Below are positions 48,421-60,862 of a DNA stretch of 64,000 nucleotides, piece by piece. This DNA is from Klebsormidium nitens (Eukaryota > Plantae > Klebsormidiophyceae). Under the pieces are notes generated by a model. That model saw only the letters and a program-made list of their open reading frames with translations, was not told where the DNA came from and did not search any database. The position numbers and the translations under genes were made by a program. How positions within the stretch are numbered: the stretch's first letter is position 1; every line of letters begins with the position of its first letter. The stretch lies in the NCBI GenBank assembly GCA_000708835.1, contig DF237046.1, positions 70,079 through 134,078 of the forward strand. The letters run 5' to 3'.

Positions 48421-50008
48421 CGCTGCTCCCGAGTCCGGCATTAACGTGCACGCGCAGGGGCGAGCAGCTTGCGATACGAGCAGTGACTACAATGTCCAAG
48501 GGGTGTCAAAGTTCTTATGGGAGAATGTTTTCTAGGACGACCGGAGTTGGACTGCATGGTGCTGACAGCTGTACAGAGCAGGTTCGTTGGCTGTTCGTAT
48601 CGAAGTGTCTGCAATCAGGACGTTCAAAATTGCTCGAGTTGCCAGCCGCAAGATTGACCTCCAGGAAGCTTAATTTAGCTGTTGGTTTTGTATCTAGTCA
48701 AATGCTCGCAAGAGACAGGAAGCGTCAATTTTCACTAGTGTATGCGGTAGGTAACCTGTGAGGTATGGCAGGCCATCTTGCGGGACGGGCTGACCGTGTA
48801 AGGAATAAACGTTAGAGCGCTTTTTTGAAGGTAACGCGAGTGGCCTAGCTGCTGTCGCGTCGATTCTTGCAACGGTAGGTGTGTACCTTAGCTTTCAGCA
48901 CAGTAGTCCGTATTGCAGTGTAGGGGATTGACAGCCTTAGTCAATCACAGGTCCCACACCAAAACTTACAGGCATGTCACAAACTGCATATTCCACATGT
49001 ACGTTTTGCATTCCGGCATTGAGATATCCCAACAAGCTTAGTTCTCACAAACAATTCATGAGAGCACAGAGCTCGATCTGTGCAAGTCTATGAATCTAAT
49101 CATGTGCACGCTCTCGATCACAAAGTACGTCATAATTCCACTTGTGCATGGCGGCCCGGTGAAATTGGACTCCCTTAATTGTCTGGAAATGACGGTTCAA
49201 GTGCAGCCCCATGCAACTACCTGCTTAAGCTTGGATGTTGTCTGGTATACATAGTTACATTTATGCTCATGTCCAGCTTGATTATCAATCTTCACGACTC
49301 CATCATTGCTCTACTGAGAGCTTAAGGGTGTACTTACATGAGCGGAGTCACCCAAGTGCAGCATGCACCGTCGAAATTCTAATCATATTGACCGCGGTTG
49401 CATTTCTTGCAACTTAGATGTAAACATATCATAAGGTTCAGGCTGGCTGGATTCGAGCGGCTGTCGATCATGTGCATGCGGTCATTAATTGATCAAGGGA
49501 CCGGTCTAGCCAGGCCTGACATGCGCGTCTGCTAATGGCCTCTTGAAGCTTACGTTTAACGGGATTGCTTCTTGGTACCGAAAGTTGCTGACAAGGGCAG
49601 CGTGTATGTATTTAAAGTACTGGACCAATGATCACAGACAAGAGCCCTGATCTCACGCGGCGTAGCATTCAAGGGCAGATTCTGTGTCGCCCAAAAACTA
49701 GACTCCCAGTGTTGAGTCCATGGCTGTCCTGCAGCCTTTTAACCGGATTATCAAGGAGTTCTTTCCTTCGCCTAATATGCAAAATGGAAGTCATTGTCTT
49801 AGACAAGTGGCAGGAAACGCACGGCACTTGCGAACCCTGCCTGACTGGAACGTTGGAGGGGTACCGGCTCGAATCAAGCAATCGAAAAGCGCTTTTAGCC
49901 CTCATCGTCTTCCGCACTCCCAATCTTTGTGCCCAAAGGTTTGCGTCGCGCCCTGCAAAAGGCAAGCTCATTGTCATTGGGTGCTCGGCCCGCTCGCTGC
50001 CTACCGCA

Positions 50009-52083
50009 CTATCGAGCTCCTCGCGGTTGCCTGCTCCTAACCTGAAACCACCATTTGTTTCAACGGTGCATAAGTCTCATGCCTGATCAAGCATCACAAA
50101 AAAGAGGCGACACAATCTACAGCTCCAAGAACGAGAACATCGATTATCGTGGGAAGGTTCATTCGGCATATTTCACCTCTTTGGCATTGGCCGTCCTCCT
50201 TTTTTGACTGTAGGAGCTGTCGCCGCTGGGGCGGGTGAGGTAGAAGCAACTGCACGGAGCAAATGCACAAACTTCGCCAAGTTCGACGGTCTGACAATCT
50301 CAACGATTTCGTCGCAACTAGTTCTTGACTTCAGGGTTGCAAGCAGGCCGGGCAAGATGTTCTTTTGTTTTGTGAATCGTTGCACACTGACTGAGGAAGA
50401 GAACAAAGCTGCCTCCTGACGCCACTCTCACGACGAAATAAAATAAAGCATAAAAGGAACCTATGGGGCTCAGACGAACGAGTCTGGACAGAAAGCCGAC
50501 TATCAAGTCCCTATATTACGTCAAAACGTCAAGCTGATTTTCCTCCTGTAGAGTAAATGCAAATCAACTCTGTTAAGCACTGGTATTGACAGCCTGAGAT
50601 CTGGCTGGAACTTTTTACATTCGACGATCACATACCCCCTGTCGTGACAAAGGGCATCTCCTGCTTTAGTGTCTTACCAGGCGGGGGACTGCGGGGCTGT
50701 GAACCAAGAGGTTGCGATCCTTGAGTCTGGGACTGTGTAGCAGGGAATGGTTCCTGAGTTCTGGCTGTAGCTGTCATTGTGGGGGCCATGCTAGCGCTGA
50801 CAGGCTCCAGGGGAGAGGCATCACCCCTGCGGGAGCGACTAGAATGTCGGCCCCCCAGGATTCGGGCCTGCATTTGTTCAGCACGAGCCTTCTCTCGAGC
50901 AAGCTCCTGCTCCAGCTGAGAGGTGTGCGATTGCTCTGCAGGGGCCCGGGAATGACTGAGAAGAAGCACTTGAGAACATGCTCAAGGAGCCACAAATCAA
51001 GGCTGCCAGAGAAATTTGTGGTCCTCGTGAATTGCTGGCCCGCAAACTGAGAAGAAATTTGTCAGAGGTGCGAGACCGCCAGGTCAGGTTGTAGCTTGAA
51101 CGAAGGTAGATCACTTCCTGCAGCTTCATGCTGTGCAGGATCCCTTTGCCTCCAACAGCACCTCACTTGGAGTCACTAACATGGCAAGTTGAACTTTCTC
51201 TGAGAACACAAAGCTGCTCACCAAGAAGACTCTGGATGAAAGGAGATAAACATATCTTTCAAATTTCGAGGATGAAAGGTCACCTTTTCTAGCTAGCTAG
51301 TTGGTTGGATGCCTGGGCTTACCTTGCTGAAACTTGCCCTGCAGATCCTGGAATGCTGAATGCAAATTGATTGCCACAGCACTCTTCAGATCATCCCGCT
51401 GGCCAACAGCAACTGGAGATAGTTCAAGGTCCACCTTCAGTCCTGTCGCTTGCTTGCGTCCAACAAGCCAGGCGGAGGTGGCACCTGCAAACAGCATTGC
51501 GGTTAATGACATAGCATTCATGCAGGGGTCGTCACAACAGGATTGACTTCATTTCCAACTTACTACCAGCATGTGATATGATCATGCATCTCCAGACACC
51601 TTCTTCAAGCGAATCAGGTACATGCGATTCTAGGAAGAGGCATCCAGTGCATCAGTCACAGAAGGCAAATGGTGGTGACCCCTGCAATGCTAGGCTGTCC
51701 AGGTCCGGCTGGTCATCGCTGTCCCAATGCTGCGCCAATGCTTCTCTACCTTCTCCTCCAATCGCAGACGCTGGCCCTCCCAATTGGACCACCACATGCT
51801 CCGATGTAAAGGCTTGGCGCAGAAACTGAAGAAAGTCCTCCCAAGTCCCCCCCACCCCGATGTCGTCTCGGAGGTCCAACAACTGTTTGGGGCTCAGCTC
51901 TGTGGTCCAGCTGTGGCTATGGAAATCTGTGACCCTGGCTTGCAAAGCGCTGCCATCGGGAGTCAGCTTAAGCGTGAACAGGAAGTCAAACAGCACCGCA
52001 ATTTCATAGTTGGGGGAGGAAGGGCTCAGCCGACCTTTGGCACGATTGAACACTGGCAAGAAGGACGCCAACGACTCCGCCAT
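50009..52083 (-). CDS. PAXX: Plant PAXX-like / XRCC4-superfamily NHEJ accessory protein (At5g64010-like): exons 52083-51750, 51484-51323, 50935-50678, 50249-50177 and a probable 50036-50009; ~284 aa
   Basis: Head domain LQARVTDFHSHSW...QLLDLRDDIGVGGTWEDFLQFLRQAFTSEHV...GPASAIGGEGATSA matches the plant family I recall as At5g64010. It is followed by a coiled coil (LEQELAREKARAEQMQ) and a basic tail. The last exon is uncertain; read-through would stop at 50173. Confidence 0.65.
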
Positions 52084-52875
52084 CGTCCTGTAGCAGCTGG
52101 CATGCAAGGAGAGACGAAGATTCTCCAATTGCTAACTTGCTGGCAGCGTTGCCATCATGAGCTGATTGCAAGTCGTGCACATGCTAGAGAGTGACCGAGA
52201 AGAGCAGAATTAAGGAGCATTCATTCATTCATTCATGATCTTGAATTTGCAGCATTCTTTTGAAGCTCCCTAGCTCTACAGTCTACTGCGCCACTGAATC
52301 AGATACCTGGCTTCAGCTTCAGATTGGCTCGCTGTGACCGCATAGCCGTCCGATCAAGACTAGCTTCGTCCCGGAATCAAGCATGGACTGCGAAGCCGTA
52401 CGCACCGGCGCCTGGAGTCCGCCGGATTAGGCCCGCAACTAGAGAACATACCAAGTCGTCCACGTAGAAAGCTTTGACTGGCGAAACCCTAGATTTCTTG
52501 ACTCCTGCTTTGCGCTCTATGCACTATCCGCGAACCAGGAAAAAGAGCTTTTCCTACCCGATGTTCCTTTCCGTCCTGCTGTTCAATCTTGGAGTCGCTT
52601 TCTTATATTAACAGCGTCAGCATTTTGACGTACATATTGTGGACGCAAGTCCAGGTCCGATGCTACCTACAATTCTGGTCAAGACAACGTGAACGGATTC
52701 CAGACAAGGACGAACAGGCCCACTGCTTATTGCGGCTTACAAGGAGGACACGCTTGTGACGTTCCTGCCTCCAGCATTCGCCAGTGGTCAAAGGGCCAAG
52801 GCCTTTTCAATTGAAAGATATTTGAAATAGACCGCGGACTGCAAGGTGTCTCTGCAGTATCCACGAAAATCTTCA

Positions 52876-55800
52876 ATGGCTCCTGGCAGTCCAAAGCCGG
52901 TGGAGGACCTGGAGGATGTAGGCCCAGGAGACATGGCCAATTATGGGCTTGCTCTTGACGGCGACCAGCAGGCGGAGTTTGAGATTGAGGAAGAGCAGGT
53001 GCGTATGCTCCAGCCCCATCACAACTTGAGTTCAGATGGTGATACTAGGCAGTCAATTGAAACACCCTCTGCCATCGTTACAGTCCATGCCAACCTTCTT
53101 AATGCGAGCACCTGTTTGTTGTGATGGGAAAGGCGCATGCGAAGAACAGTGGACATGCATACAATTTCCTTGTCTCTGAAATGTTATACTGATGTATTCT
53201 AGTGGTATGTTTATGAGTTTCTTGGGTTCTGGCCGCCAGATTGATAGTAGAAGGAAAGCAACGACCCCAATATCTGAATTTGTTTGCACTATCCATAAGC
53301 AGGTGTTTCGATACTGAAGTCGCTTAATACAATCGATGCCAAACCAGCAACGCCTGCATGAAGCTTTATCCTGTCTTTAGACTGTGGGTACATGTCATTT
53401 ATCACCATTCCGGCACGCTCAGCGGTAGAGTGTACATCAGTTGCAACAAACGAGAAAATTGATTGAGTCTGCTGCTTGATCCGCAGGTTCTTCAAGGCCT
53501 GGCCCTGCTGTTCACAGAGAAGGTGCAGGAGAGTGAGCAGTTCTTTGAGGAGCTCAAGACAGGCAACGCCCGCCTTACGCTGCATCATGCCGAAGTGTCC
53601 GCTCTGAAAGCTTTGGTTGGCTTCGAACAAGAGGTGAGCGGTTGAATGAACTGCGATGTGATAGTCCTTCTCCAAGCGATTAAGTATCAAAGGTACACAA
53701 CACAATTTGCGCCTTGCAATTGTACAGAGGGAAGGCTGCAGTATCTCGTTTGCTGTGAGCAATCGCATCCCTTGACGACACTCCCTTTTGGCAATCTTGA
53801 TGGTCATCAGAATGCATTATGAAAGGAGCTTGGTCAAGATGTAGAGTCTGGACCGATTGAAGGAGGGATGACCAGCTATTGCACTCGTCTTCGATATCAC
53901 ATGCTGTTCCTTCGACCTCGTTTCAGGACATCGAACGAGCCATCAGCCTGCTCAGTGAAGCCTACAACTTGGCAACACAGGCAGAAAAGCAGAAGCGCAC
54001 TCACAGCAAAGTGGCCAAGGTGAGACATCTTGGCCGTCATGCGATTTTGGGCGTGCTTCGTCAGTTCATGTATGCAAAACTTGAATCCCGAAACATTACT
54101 CTGCCTGCTAAACCGAGGTCTCCTGACGACCGTGCAGAGCTTTCATTGGTAGGTCGAAACATCTTCGGTTTATATCCTACAGGTGAAAGGCTTCTTCCAG
54201 TGGGCCACGGGCCAGCGCGGCCGGGCCGGCAGTGAGGCGGAGGCGCGCATGGAGGGCACCGAGAAGGCCGGGGACACGGCAGCCCGGCTGCAGCGGCAGC
54301 GGCGCCAGCGGCTGCGCGCACTGACCGTGCAGGCTGAAGCCGACCTGGTACTGGGGCTGCTGCACCTGGTTGGGGGGGGCGAACTGTCCTCGCAACCCAT
54401 CAAGGCCGGCTTCTACCTCCGCAGGTATGAGGAAAAACCGACTCGTGGTCATCTGATGGCAGGCGCTTGGAGGATTTTGAACGGGTTGCGTTGAGCTGAG
54501 TTGTGTTCCAACTCCGCTCACACAATCTTTGCTCAAGACGTCGATTGGTCCTTGTTCTACTGTTTCGGCGTCTCTTCAGTCTTTCGGCCTGCGAGTGCTG
54601 CCAGGCATAGTCTCAACTACGACAGCCAGCCTCGTCAACCTCTTGTGTTAACCCCTTGGTTCAGTATTGTTCGGAGATAGTTATCTGAGCACAGTTTGGC
54701 CATTGAATGGGTTTCCTCTCGTCGATTCCGGCTGCAGGGCCTGGAGCGAGTACGCGCACTGTCAGTCCAAGCTGGAGCAGGTGCTGCGAGACTACGCAGT
54801 CATGAAGGGGCTGCAGGCCGGCCCGGACATGGACGACGAGAGGCTGGCCGAGAAGGAGAGGGAGATCGGCGGGGACTGGAGCGATGAGGAGGGGGAGCCG
54901 GCAGATAGCAAGAAGACGGGGGCCAAGGCCAGCGCAACAGTGGTGCCGATTGAGGCGGCACCCAAGGGGACGGACGGAGAGGAGGCACAGGACGACTTCG
55001 GCGACTTTGCAGGTAGAGACGGAGGCCAAAAGGCACACTCAAACGAGGCTGAAGCAAGAGGGATCGCTAGAGTGGACAGCCTGAATGAATAGTACTCAGA
55101 CTCGGTGTGCAAATTCTATTGTTCTTGGGCTGACTCGTCTTGCACTGCGCCCCCTCAATCATGCCAAGATAGGCAGACGAGGTAGAACGAGACGGCAAGC
55201 CAATCCTGACATGTCCTCTTGCTGCAGCTGCCGCCCCCAGCGCACAGACCGTCGCAGCAGGGCTGGCCCGCCTGGACCTCAGGAACGGCGGGGCTGGCAG
55301 CAGCGAGGACCCTGAGCTGGTGTCACTGCGGGCAGGGATCCAGTTTGGAGTGGGCATGCTGCACTGCGTCATGTCCATGGTGAGCAGAGGTTATAAGACA
55401 AAGAAACCAGAATATGTCGAAGACGCATAACTTAAGGAAGAGGCCTTGCAAACTACGGCATGGTTCTGACAGTACGGAAGAGCCAACCTTTTTCAGTGTT
55501 CCCATTCGAAAACACTGAAGAAATCAAGAAGAATGGTGATAATTCGAAGAATAGACTTCTTTCGATCAAGGCAGTGAGCGGCTGCTGCTTGTGCGCAGCT
55601 GCCCCCGGCCGTGCTGCGGTCGCTGGAGTGGGTGGGCGTGGCGGGCATCGACCGCAAGCTGGGCCTCAAGCTGCTGCAACAGTGCGCCGCCACCCACACC
55701 GGGCACGCCACCCTCGCTGCCTACGCCCAGCTGCACTGTGAGCACCTGCGTGACAAATCATCATGTTACTCTGACGGGAAAGCATGACTCAACTTGCATC

Positions 55801-58800
55801 ATACCTGTCGATCAGGCAACTTGCTAGATCTGGCAACTCACAGCTTCTCTCATTGGACCACTGGCAGCTCGCAGGGTGCCTTCCCGACCCGGACATACCC
55901 GTGAGATTCGCAAGGGTCTCCTCGTTGAATTCCACTTCCAGGCCAGAAATGTGTTTCTATCGGCGGGGTCTTGTCTTGACTTTCTTCCTGCCAATTATCT
56001 CCAGACCGGAGTGTGATCATGGGCTTCCTGCCACGCTCGGAGGCCCACAGCAGCGTCGCTGCCGCCACCCTGACAGAATTGGCCGCACCGTTCCGTGAGT
56101 CCACTCTGTTTGGCATGGCACAGGTGAGGCCCGGACATGGTGTTAACATGTGAGATCCTAGGAAATTGTCAGCGGAGCTTTTCAGATGCTCAAGGACTGA
56201 CACTTCTCTGTTGCTGCCTAGCCACATTCCCTGGCTGCATACCTCGAAAGTTAGAGGCTCAAGCTTTCAGTGCGACAGGAGACGGTCTTTTCGCGTTCTA
56301 AGCTGCTCTGTTTCTCCGCTGCCAGGTGCGCGCTCTCCGGTACTCGGCCCAGCTAGCCGCGGCGACCGCCCTGGCGCAGCAAGAGCCGCGCCGCGCGCCC
56401 ATCGAATGCCTGCACCTCCGCCGGCACCGTCTCCACGAGCAGGCAAGCACCGCCATCTCCTCCTTCACAGACAAGTTTTAGCAATGATGGCGCAGGCATC
56501 CGATTGGATTGAACGTTCTGAATGAAGCTCGCAAGATAAAAGCTGATTGACCAAGGCGCTGAGCACGAATATCCCGGCTGTTCCGTCTCATTCGTTGAAA
56601 ACGTCTTGCGAAAATCTCCCGCTGCGGGGCGTGCACTGTCGTCATCACTCGACATTGGGCTTACACGGAGAGCTCGCACGCCCTTACCCCGGAAACGAGC
56701 ACCCATTTGAGGGCCAACGGAGGCTTTGCTGCTTGGGTCCAGGCGTGGTGTACCCTGCTGCGCGGCGACATGGAGACGGCCGCCACCATGTTCGGGGGCC
56801 TGGCCACGGCCACCAAGAGCGGCTACCGCAAGACCTTCTACACAGCCTTCCAGGTCAGCATACCCCCAGACGCAATACTCCACGATTTGCTGTCACGCGT
56901 CAGAGGTCGGTCCTAAATCTACGGCGGGCCGCAGACATGTTGTCCACGTCCCGCAAACATAAATTTCAAAGGCGGGACACTCCGAAGAATACTTTTCAAT
57001 TGTGAATGCTTTTCCCTTTGCGAGCTCTGCGTCAAAAAGGATTCCCCCTTTCCCATTTGAAAGCGGGCAGACCTTCGCAACATAGCCTTCAAGGCACTAT
57101 GAGCCGGATTAGCAAGTTGCGCCCTTAGCCAAGTCTTACGTGATTCTTCTTCCCTCCGACCCGACTGGGTCTTATTGTGCTCGTCTCGTTTGTGCTGTAC
57201 CCTTCAGATCTCGTGCCTGTGGGAGTCGGGCCCGCGTCACTACGCTGCCGCGGCCGGCCTGCTGCGCGACAGCGTGCCCTTCATGAAGGCGACCAGCACG
57301 CCCATCGAGGCTTACGTCATCAACATGGCCGCCCAACTCAACGCAACAGACAGGTGAGGGACCGACGTACGGATATGCTCATCCGGCGACCCAAGGGTTG
57401 CCCGGAGCTATCCATCTCTTCTTACGAATGAGTGGTCAAGTGTTTTTTCCCTCAAAATTCACTCTAGAGCCGCTTTGCGACCTTGCTGCAGCAGCACGTC
57501 TTGGTCACTCTCGCCTCGAACAGTCGGCTACCTGCCCGGTGGTTTGATGTGCGGTCCGCCTGGGGCGTTTCGGAAAAGCTACTCGACTCCCATCCTTGCA
57601 TAGATCCACCCTGTTTCAGATCCCTGCCTTCCCCTCTGGAGGTCATCTTGTACTTGCGTCTATTGTGCAGCCGCCCGCTCTTCCCCGCGCGCGAGCTGCT
57701 CGCGTACTGGAACGGTTTCCAGGCCATGGACGCGGCGGCCCTGGAGGCGCACATCCGGGTCGTCGAAGAGGCGCTGCACACGCGCTGCCAGGTCAGGCCG
57801 CGCATGAGATTGTTTATCACTGCGCTGAAAGCAAGACACTTCGTGCCAAGCGAAGACCTTTTGCATGATCAGATGAGCGCTTCTCTCGACTTTGTTTGTC
57901 TTTTGAAGTGCTGATGTGATGAATCAAACTCGAGTACAGGTCTTTGCATCCAACCTGCCTCACTGAAGGCCGATCTCTCCCCGAGTACGCAATTTGTCAC
58001 TGTACGATCGACTACAGTAATCTAACGGTCCAAGATTCGGTACCGGAAGTCAAGCCTCGAGGGTGAGGGTGGCAAATCTGACGCAGACAGCTGTTGATTC
58101 TCCGTTTCTGCAGGACGTTGGCGCGGCCGCACCCGGGGACGACGAGCCAGCCGACGAGGCGGTAGCGTCCGGCATCCTGGCGGCAGCCAACGGACGCCCC
58201 ACGGCGTCCGTCCCCGGCGCCGCCCCGCAAAAGAAGACCAAGGTGCGTCCAGAAGCTTCATAGCGGGACTTACATAAGACCTTCCGTCCGCGTAGCGGAA
58301 CGGGCCGTGTGCGCGAGAATGTCTGGTCCCCGCTTGAAAACTGAACTCAATCAAAGAGTTGTCTCGTCAAGCATAAAAATGAGGATTTTGATGCTGCGAG
58401 CAAGTGCAGCTGTGCGAGGTCACTTTCTTTCACCGGCGTGTCAACGACTAAAGAAGCTGGCCTGCAATTTCGTACGGAAGCAGGGTTTTAAAACGTCCCT
58501 CGTAATCGGTGCGCAGGCTGGGTTCGGGCACGTGTGGAGTGAGCGCAGCAAGATGCTGTGCCGCTTCCTGCTGGGCGTCCTCCAGCGGCACGCGGGCCAG
58601 GCGCAGCGCGCGGAGGACGGCCTCAGATACGTCGTGGCGGCAGGCAACGTCGAGCAGCTGCCGTGAGTTGCAGACCATCTGATTTAGACATCAGCCTTTC
58701 TCGCATTTGTTTGGTGCGCGGAAGCCTGACAATGAGTGAAGCGGCAAGATTGGTGCCTGGTCATTCCGCCAGGCTGCACCTTTCGAGAGCAAAAGCAGCA

Positions 58801-59195
58801 GGGTCTCACATCATCTCAATCGATCATAGCGTTACAAGAAACTTTTTGGTTACTTACGTAGCTGTTATCTACGTGCTCCGCGGGTCGAATACACTGTTTG
58901 AGTCAGGTGTCCCGCTCCGCAATGGCTTTTGTTAGTGCGCACTTCAATCACAGAAGAGCTGCTTCTCCGTTGGTCCCATTCTGCCCACTCACACGGCGAC
59001 GTGTCTCGTTGCAGCAACATCTTGCCGTATGCGGCATACGAGCTGGGCAGCCTGCTCATGACGCAGCCCGCAACGGCCGGCGAGGGCGTCAAGCTGCTGG
59101 AGAAGGCGGTCGCCTTCCCGCCCCACGACTTCCAGGGCCGCCTCAAGTTTGTCGTTGCAGAGCGGGTCAACGCCTACTTTGAGCGCAAAGAGTAG
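52876..59195 (+). CDS. TTC39/Iml2-family tetratricopeptide-repeat protein, ~15 exons
   Basis: Motifs GFYLRRAWSEY, GIQFGVGMLHCVMSMLPPAVLRSLEWVG..GIDRKLGLKLL, FPARELLAYWNGF and PYAAYELG...HDFQGRLKF. Phases are continuous. Confidence 0.85.
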
Positions 59196-60862
59196 CCGTT
59201 GAACGACGAGAAAGACTGGCACTCGCTGCGCTTGATTTGGAGTATAACTAACTAACTTGAGTTGTCAGAGCACAAAGCTATCTACTGTAGTGCAGCTGGC
59301 TTCGTAGTAAACTCATTGATCCATCTAGTAGGCAGTAGTATATGATGCCTTTGCTGCATGTTAGATCGATCGTGAGCAACACAGATGCCCCTCCAAAGCA
59401 ATCTGCCAAGCTTTTACCAATTTTGCCTAGCTAGCGTCTCCCCCGGTCCCCATCATGCAGCTGTTGGACGTACAGGATTTCATCTGTAAATGCAATGCGG
59501 TTTGATGTTAAGCTCTCAAGCAGGATTGATGAGTTCTAAAGTCTGACACTAGAATTACTGACTCAAGAACGCAAAAGCAGTGGAATCCGATGATTCAACC
59601 TTACAAACAAGCATGACGTCTAAGTACCTGCTAAGCACTGCAAACGTTAACACCCGATCGTTCATGCAAGGTTGTGTTACTTCATCTGTTCATTAAGAAC
59701 AATCGGTATGATCATCTCTTTGCCGTATACCTACCGAACGTTGGTGTTTTCAAGAAAAGCTGTCGCTTGTACGCGTCATGTGCATATACCACGTCGGCCG
59801 CGGCCGGCAAAGTCCAACACAGCGCGGTGCACCGCCAAAGTATTTTTTTGACACCTTATTATCATCTCGAGTACGCCCGGTAATGACACATTTTATTCGT
59901 TCCCTGATTGGTCGAAACCCTTTACCATTGACTTCGTTGACCACGAAGTCACTTGAATCAAAGCGCACCCCACCCTAGATCGAAAATCCAAAAGATCGAC
60001 ACCGTCCAACTTCCAATCCAACGGCATAGAAGTACACCAATTGTATACCTATATCGATATGAGTCCTCTTGGCTACGCTAATCAGAAGTCGTGTCGGCCG
60101 GTCTCCTCTAACCCACAAAGGTTCATCTTGAAACCCCAGAAAGAAGTGTCAGTTTGGGCACAAAAATCGTCCCCACTTTAGTTTGACACTAGGGCCAAAA
60201 ATCGGAGCTGGTTAGCCACGTGACCCGGCACCTTAACTTGGCATGAAACCCGAGTAAGGGGGGAGTAAGGTGGCCATTCTCTTTCTTCAATACTACGGTA
60301 TGCATAGTTGACATCCGCATTATGTGAGAGAATTTGATCCGGCCGTCTGTCCAATCCAATGGATTGCACTGACCAGAACGCATGATAATCACACAAAATG
60401 AATGAAGTGTTAGGTATCAACCAATCGAATGTAACGAAACAAAGGCCAGATGATAAAAAGACGGGGGGCCTACGGGTGGCGGCATATCCTTGCTCTGTTT
60501 ACCCGTGCCATGAACGAGGAGAGAGCCCAGACGGTGCGCATGAACTAGGAGCAACGATTAACGGAGAAGATATCGAGATGAATTCGTTTTCCTGTGCAGA
60601 CTTTTGCGGCTGGTTCGTATGTGAATGCATGTATTTGAATGCATTTGAACATGTTCAGACTTACGACTGTTTTGCTTTTGCAGTTGCAGGCAGGGCATAT
60701 TTGCCACTCAGCTTGTCCAAAAAAGACTAGATCGGTCATCCGCTGGTTTCAATCAAACCGGTGTTTTCTCCTACATAAGCAATTTGTTTCATGGTCAGTT
60801 GAATTGTGTTTCTTTCTAAAAATCCCAATCCTGCAACCAGCAAGCGGCCTTCCCGCGCTCCC

